Assembly: GCA_020137815.1 (NCBI GenBank)
Contig: CM035350.1
Span: 9,486,001 to 9,550,000 of the forward strand
Reading direction: 5' to 3'
DNA length: 64,000 nucleotides
DNA from: Hormiphora californensis
Lineage: Eukaryota; Animalia; Ctenophora
In this document: positions 61,706 through 64,000 of the stretch, in pieces
Layout of the letters: each line of letters begins with the position of its first letter
Position numbering within the stretch: the first letter of the stretch is position 1
The notes under the pieces: generated by a model
What the model saw: the letters and a program-made list of their open reading frames with translations, nothing else
Databases searched by the model: none
Told to the model about the DNA's origin: nothing
Made by a program: the position numbers and the translations under genes

Positions 61706-62557
61706 ACCACTGTTGCTAACACTGTTGCTACCACTGTTGCTAACACTGTTGCTACCACTGTTGCTAACACTGTTACTAACACTGTTGCTACCACTGTTGC
61801 TAACACTGTTGCTACCACTGTTGCTACCACTGTTGCTAACACTGTTGCTAACACTGTTGCTACCACTGTTGCTTCCACTGTTGCTTCCACTGTTGCTACC
61901 ACTGTTGCTACCACTGTTGCTACCACTGTTGCTAACACTGTTGCTAACACTGTTGCTACCACTGTTGCTAACACTGTTGCTACCACTGTTGCTAACACTG
62001 TTGCTACCACTGTTGCTAACACTGTTGCTAACACTGTTGCTAACACTGTTGCTACCACTGTTGCTACCACTGTTGCTAACACTGTTGCTACCACTGTTGC
62101 TAACACTGTTGCTAACACTGTTGCTAACACTGTTGTTAACACTGTTGCTAACACTGTTGCTACATGTTGCTACACTGTTGCTACCACTGTTGCTAACACT
62201 GTTGCTACCACTGTTGCTACCACTGTTGCTAACACTGTTGCTAACACTGTTGCTACCACTGTTGCTACCACTGTTGCTAACACTGTTGCTACCACTGTTG
62301 CTACCACTGTTGCTACCACTGTTGCTAACACTGTTGCTACCACTGTTGCTACCACTGTTGCTACCACTGTTGCTAACACTGTTGCTACCACTGTTGCTAA
62401 CACTGTTGCTAACACTGTTGCTAACACTGTTGCTAACACTGTGCTACCACTGTTGCTACCACTGTTACTAACACTGTTGCTAACACTGTTGCTACCACTG
62501 TTGCTACCACTGTTGCTAACACTGTTGCTACCACTGTTGCTACCACTGTTGCTACCA
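61706..62557. repeat. 12-bp minisatellite with two alternating variants
   Basis: Unit ACTGTTGCTA(A/C)C, about 70 copies. Confidence 0.97.
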
Positions 62558-62703
62558 CGTTACTCTCTCCAGTCCTCTGCATCTATGCTCGTCTATACAG
62601 CTCTTTGTCACAATGGCTGACCTGCAGAGTAAACACAAACACGTTCTATACTAGTCTCTCTCTCTTATTGCAGCCTGTCTCTCTCTCTCTCTCTCTTTCT
62701 CTT

Positions 62704-62755
<52 letters not shown>

Positions 62756-62917
62756 GCAGCTGTGTGTGTGTGGTTTGGCAGTATCATATGCACATTATGT
62801 ATTGTGGGGTGGATTATATTTGGCCCTCCTAATACTCTGCAGCCTATTCCGGTCGAAAGCCGTATGGTTTGTGTTGAAACCATTCTATGGGAGTAGAGAA
62901 AGGTAGAAAGGAAAAAG

Positions 62918-63020
<103 letters not shown>

Positions 63021-63219
63021 GTGTGGAGAAGTAGTAGAGGCTTGGGTGTTGGTATAGTTGCTACAGGTGCAGTAACCTGCATGCGGCGGGTGCAGGACAC
63101 ACGTTTATTTGTTTGTTAGCCTACAGATTACGAATTAAACAGCTCATGTACAAATTAGTCTGGTGAGGAAGAATTAGACAGTGTGTGCAATGCTGCCTCG
63201 TCTTGTCTCTCTACCTCTC

Positions 63220-63361
<142 letters not shown>

Positions 63362-64000
63362 CGCTCTCTCTCTCTTTCTCTCTATCTCTCTCTATATGCC
63401 CAAATTATACACGCTCTAGCAACTTCTTCTCCAACTCTCTGCTGCAGCGACTCTCCGCTCTCAATTCTCATGCTCGTAACTCCTATAGCCGGTAAATATA
63501 ACCCGATCTTTGCCACCCCACGTTTAGGGTCTCGTGCAGCAGCAGTAGTCTAGTTAGTCAGCAAGTTAAGTGATATACAGACAATACTTTTGCATGAAGC
63601 TCGGCTGCTAAAAGCATGGCATGACTTCATACTATTCTTGTCGCATATTGACCTTCTAGAATTCCAATGCAAAACACGTGCTTGTGGTGTTTTTAAAATC
63701 CCCCCGCCGCTCTTGGAAAGGAGCGGCGTTCTATATATACTCATTGCGGTGTTCATTGTTAAATTCATTCCCCCCGGTTTCGAGATCCACGTCAGAGCTC
63801 ATTTTAATATCAATTATTGTGATACAACATTGCTTTTGTTTCCTGGTAACAATGGTGAATGAATAATAGCCGCTTTATGTTTGTATCTGTATCAGATCAC
63901 TTCCCATCTTTTTGTTTTGATCTTATACCATCCCCAACCTCGAAATTATTGTTCATGTGCTAACCACTCCCACATAACTTTTGGGTGAAATTGGCATAAA

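Noticed and set aside
61606-62620. Thr/Val/Ala/Asn-rich mucin- or antifreeze-like ORF (316 aa)
   Set aside because: A stop-free 12-bp minisatellite is open in several frames; no ATG start, signal peptide or splice context supports it.

Overview
Eukaryotic (animal) genomic DNA, repeat-rich, with one 100-N gap and several noisy, unpolished stretches (~21.7-27.8 kb, 29.85-31.6 kb, 36.4-40.56 kb). A ctenophore (Pleurobrachia-like) origin is my inference from the GPCR type and from recalling the 109-bp repeat; it is not verified. Genes reconstructed by hand from splice sites and protein motifs: the 3' part of MED12 (+, 1-33181) with an intronless class A GPCR nested antisense in one intron; LMF1 (+, 33354-48706); Derlin-1 (+, 51213-53079); and a GT31 beta-1,3-glycosyltransferase (-, 57314-53234). 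Introns hold MITEs and near-perfect foldback palindromes with different target-site duplications. Most notable: (1) tandem arrays built from exon-end plus splice-site units, giving tens to over a hundred decoy donors or acceptors, whose common variants are synonymous in the exon frame; (2) two paralogous 124-nt exons in the GT31 catalytic domain only 17 nt apart, apparently mutually exclusive; (3) truncated MITE copies flanked by 20-28 bp host duplications, one creating an in-frame alternative donor; (4) unpaired acceptors just upstream of start codons and a 172-bp MED12-LMF1 gap, suggesting SL trans-splicing or an operon.
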